64,000 nt of DNA from NCBI GenBank assembly GCA_965287045.1, contig OZ336873.1, positions 80,600,001 to 80,664,000 of the forward strand, in the 5' to 3' direction. The position numbers and the translations under genes were made by a program. Source of the stretch: Carcharhinus amblyrhynchos (taxonomy: Eukaryota). Each line of letters opens with the position of its first letter. Within the stretch, counting starts at the first letter, position 1. The notes beneath the pieces are model-generated. The model did no database searches. It worked only from the letters and a program-made list of their open reading frames with translations, and was not told where the DNA came from. Positions 60,530-64,000 of the stretch are shown here, in pieces.

Positions 60530-60825
60530 GGTGAGTGTGAATGAGAGATTGACTGAGTGAGAGATGAGAGTAATTGTGAAAGAGGTGAGAATGAGAGAGA
60601 GTGAGTGTGAGAGTGAATGAGTGAGAGATGAGAGTGAATGAATGAGAGATGAGAGTGAGCGAGTGTGTGTGAGATGAGTGCATGTGTGTGAAAGATTAGT
60701 GTATGTCTGAGAAAGGTGTATTTATGTGAGATGAGTGTGTGTGTGTGTGTGTGTGTGTGAAAGATGTGTGTGTGTGTGAGAGAGAGAGAGAGATGAGTGT
60801 GTGTGACAGAGATGTGTGTTTGTGT
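60530..60825. repeat. GA/GT compound microsatellite
   Basis: Degenerate (GA)n/(GT)n. Confidence 0.9.
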
Positions 60826-61649
60826 CCAACATGAGAATTCAGCATTCCAGCAGCAATCTTCCCATTTGAACGAAAGGAGCAACAAAAATGACAAAATGGT
60901 GAGATCTAAAAGCATTTTTCAATAAAAGAAGTGTTTAGTTATAGTAAAAGTATACATATAAGAAATAGAAAAGACTTCAATAAGTTAGGTTTTTGTATGC
61001 TTGTACCCATTACATGAAAACAATCATTTTGTTGCAGCTTGACTCTTCAACACAATAAGTATATTTCTCAAGGGCTCTTTCAGTACTCTTGGGAGGTCAA
61101 AAGTGTTCAGTGACTGAAAGAACTTGGGTAAATCCTATTCAACACAATGATGGAAGAAAATTCCAGTAAGGCAACATAAAATGTTACTTAACTTGGAAGA
61201 GCCCACATGCAGTAGAATACAATAAAGATATGGAACAATATGTCAACAATACATTGGGTCGTAACTACATTCCTAAAACTGATTACACTAACGGCAAATG
61301 TCACAGTTACATTAGGTCAGTGATATTGTGTCTTCTAATGGTGAAAGACCTGGGGCAGGGATTTTCCGGCTACACTCGCCCCCAAGGGTGGAAATTCCCA
61401 TCCAAGGTTAACGGACCTGTGCATGGTCCGTCCCTGCCCACTACAATTCCCGTGGAAAATTCTGCCTTACATGACAGGAGAACAGTAACTAAGATTATTA
61501 CAAATATTGAAATGCCTGATCTTGGAAGAGTATCTAGAAATAAAAACAGATGGTCTCTTTACATCAAAGCAGCAATTTAATTTCAAAATGCATTGTTGTG
61601 ATTTGGGGTTTTTATTCAAAAATGTCTGGCAGCCAACCAAAACATCAGC

Positions 61650-62112
61650 CAGTGGTTCCCAGCATTTTCTATGTCATGGTACACCTCTGTACTATAAAAA
61701 CATTTTGAGGCATACCTGCTATTTTCTCTGCCTTCTTCCCTTACTGAGACCTTCATTTTTAACCTATCCCTGTCCTCTCTCCTTATTTCTCTCGCTTCTC
61801 CCAGGGTTTTTGCAGCCTTCTTGAGTGTTCGCTTTTTGTGTGGGCGCTTGGGACCTTTCAGTTCCAAGCCCGTTGGTCGTACACATGACCAACATGAAAA
61901 ATCTAAACCATGCATGTGTGGTTCTTTCCCAGCCTGCACATGTGTGGGAGGCCCAGGATTTGTCAGGTCTTGGAGCTGCCAACCACACAGCTGAAGACAA
62001 AGGCTAGTTTTAGTTTAATTGCATGAATTTTGAATCATTTTGAATCTTTTTTCATGGCACACTTGGGGGATCTTCATGGTACACCACAGTGCCGCAGCAC
62101 ACTGGCTTGGAA
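61650..62112. mobile_element. Possible hAT-type non-autonomous element
   Basis: Starts CAGTGGTTCCC; subterminal CATGG(C/T)ACAC motif at both ends; right TIR degraded. Confidence 0.35.
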
Positions 62113-62114
62113 TT

Positions 62115-62652
62115 GATTGATTGATTTATTTATTGTTGTGTATTGGGATACAGTGAAAGGTATTGTTTCTTGCAAGCTGTAGAGACAAAACACACTGTTC
62201 ATAGAGCACATAGGGGAGAAGGAAAGGATAAGGCGCAGAATAAAGTGTTGCAGTTACAGATAGGGTGAAGAGTGATAGAGTGATAGGACCACTCAGAAGT
62301 CTGATGGCAACAGTGAAGAAGCTGTTCTTGAGTCAGTTGACACGTGTTTTCAAACTTCTGTATCTTTTTCCCAGTGGAAGAAGGCAGAAGAGAGTTTGTC
62401 CGGGATGCGTGGGGTCCTGATTATGCTGGATGCTTTTCTGAGGCAACAGGAAGTGTAGATGAAGTCAGTGGATGGGAGGTTGGTTTACGTGATGGACTAG
62501 GCTTTGTTCATGAGCCTTTGTAGTTTTTTGCGGTCTTGGTCAGGGAATGGACCATACCAAACTGGAAAGGATCCTTTCTGTGGTGCATCTGTAAAAGTTG
62601 GTGAGAGTCAAAGTGGACATACCAAATTTCCTTAGCCTTCTGAGAAAGTAGG
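62115..62652 (-). mobile_element. Rex1/Babar LINE 3' fragment
   Basis: Collinear with 5834-6426; (ATCA)n tail. Confidence 0.8.
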
Positions 62653-63579
62653 CCTTTGGAAGGTATCAACAAGCATTATTTTGGTGAAGTCAGGAGAGAT
62701 GTCAGGATTTAGGAATGTGTCAATATATTTAAAAATCTAATTGCTCGCCATACAACTCAGCTTGGAGCTTGGTAAGGCAATTGGTGAAATATGATAGTCC
62801 CGCAGAGCATCAAAGACCTGAAATGTTGAGAAAACACAACAATTATAATTGTTGACAAAAATCTTTTCTGTTACAAAATATCAGTTTTGGGTTTTACCAT
62901 GATCAAATGCTAACAGAAAATTGTGACTCAAAAACAAAGGCACAGGAAGTGAAGTTAACCTGATCAGCAGTTCTGCAGCATAGATGTGACTTTTATTACA
63001 ATATTGATATTTTAATATAAGCACTTGAAAATACATTTCCATTAAAAAAACTGGTAAACCTGAACAATTCTCCATGCTGTTATATATTCAAAAATTCAGC
63101 TAACAAATCAAAAACAGATGCAGACTATACTGAAACATTGGCCCACAGAGGATTGATTGGATTTATCAGTTTTAACTAGATGACGGATGGCTGACATTGA
63201 GTTAGGCTCTGGAAAGCCCAAATTAGAAAGGATTGCATATACATACACAATATTTTAAACGTTGTATGTACAACAAGCTCTTCCTGTATTTACAGGATAG
63301 CAACTTATATCAGACCCAGGTGTCACATTAGGGGAATTAGGTTTAAATCGATGAAGCTTACCTTTCCCATAAATTTATCTCTCAGTTCTATTAGTCCCCA
63401 GTTCACATTTTAGGTAAACGATGCTGCACACACTCCTTGCATTGCTTTTGGCTCTGGTACAATCACTTCCAATTTTGAGATACTGCTGCTCCTTCCATTC
63501 CTCCCTCCACCATATGCAACTCAAAAGTCAGCCAAATTACTCTTTCAAACCACAAATTAACTCCTTCCCAGAAGATACC

Positions 63580-64000
63580 CATGACCCCTCAGCCTTAGGT
63601 TCCTTATGGCAGGCTGATACAGAAGGTGAAGTTATATGGGATCCAAGGTGAGCTGATAAGATGGATATAAAACTGACTTGGACATAGAAAGCAGAGAGTA
63701 ACAGTGGAAGGGTACTTTTCTAACTGGAGGACTGTGACAAGCAATGTTCCACAAGGATCAGTGCAGGGACCTCTATTGTTTGTAATATATATAAATGATA
63801 TGGAGGAACATGTAGGTGGCCTGATTAGTAAATTTGCAGATGATACAAAAATTGAGGGAGCGGCAGATAGTGTGGAGCATTGTCAAAGGATATAAATCGG
63901 CTGGAGACCTGGTCCAAAAGATTTGTCTGGAATTTAACTCAGACAAATGTGAGGTGATGTGATTTGGAAGGTCCACTGCAGAAAGAAAGTAAATGATAGA
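63580..64000 (+). mobile_element. CR1 LINE RT fragment running off the window
   Basis: SNVPQGSVQGPLLFVIYINDM...KFADDTK. Confidence 0.85.

Noticed and set aside
60153-60915. 176-aa and 143-aa His/Ser/Leu-rich ORFs
   Set aside because: Translation of the GA/GT microsatellite.

Overview
Vertebrate genomic DNA whose repeats (HE1/V-type tRNA SINEs, CR1/HER1, Rex-Babar, Tx1, Penelope) point to an elasmobranch, probably a shark (inference). The window lies inside a large + strand AMPA-receptor gene. Three GT-AG coding exons (15138-15325, 19541-19594, 25566-25727; 188/54/162 nt, phases compatible) encode part of the N-terminal domain of a GluA3 (gria3) orthologue. The rest is intron filled with transposable elements. 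I found no wholly new gene system. The most notable signals are: (i) three near-identical young Penelope-like insertions that each fold back on themselves (47-, 190- and 29-bp arms, a fixed unpaired ~30-35 nt tail, 12-13 bp flanking duplications), the largest carrying a minimal hammerhead ribozyme intact in one arm and mutated at the catalytic G in the other; (ii) two Tx1-type LINE insertions at one duplicated target motif inside a solo LTR inside a CR1; (iii) an old element with ~170-bp inverted arms and an 11-bp flanking direct repeat; (iv) a decayed Ty3/Gypsy pol split by a very young CR1. Family names come from motif recognition by eye, not database searches, and boundaries of old repeats are approximate.
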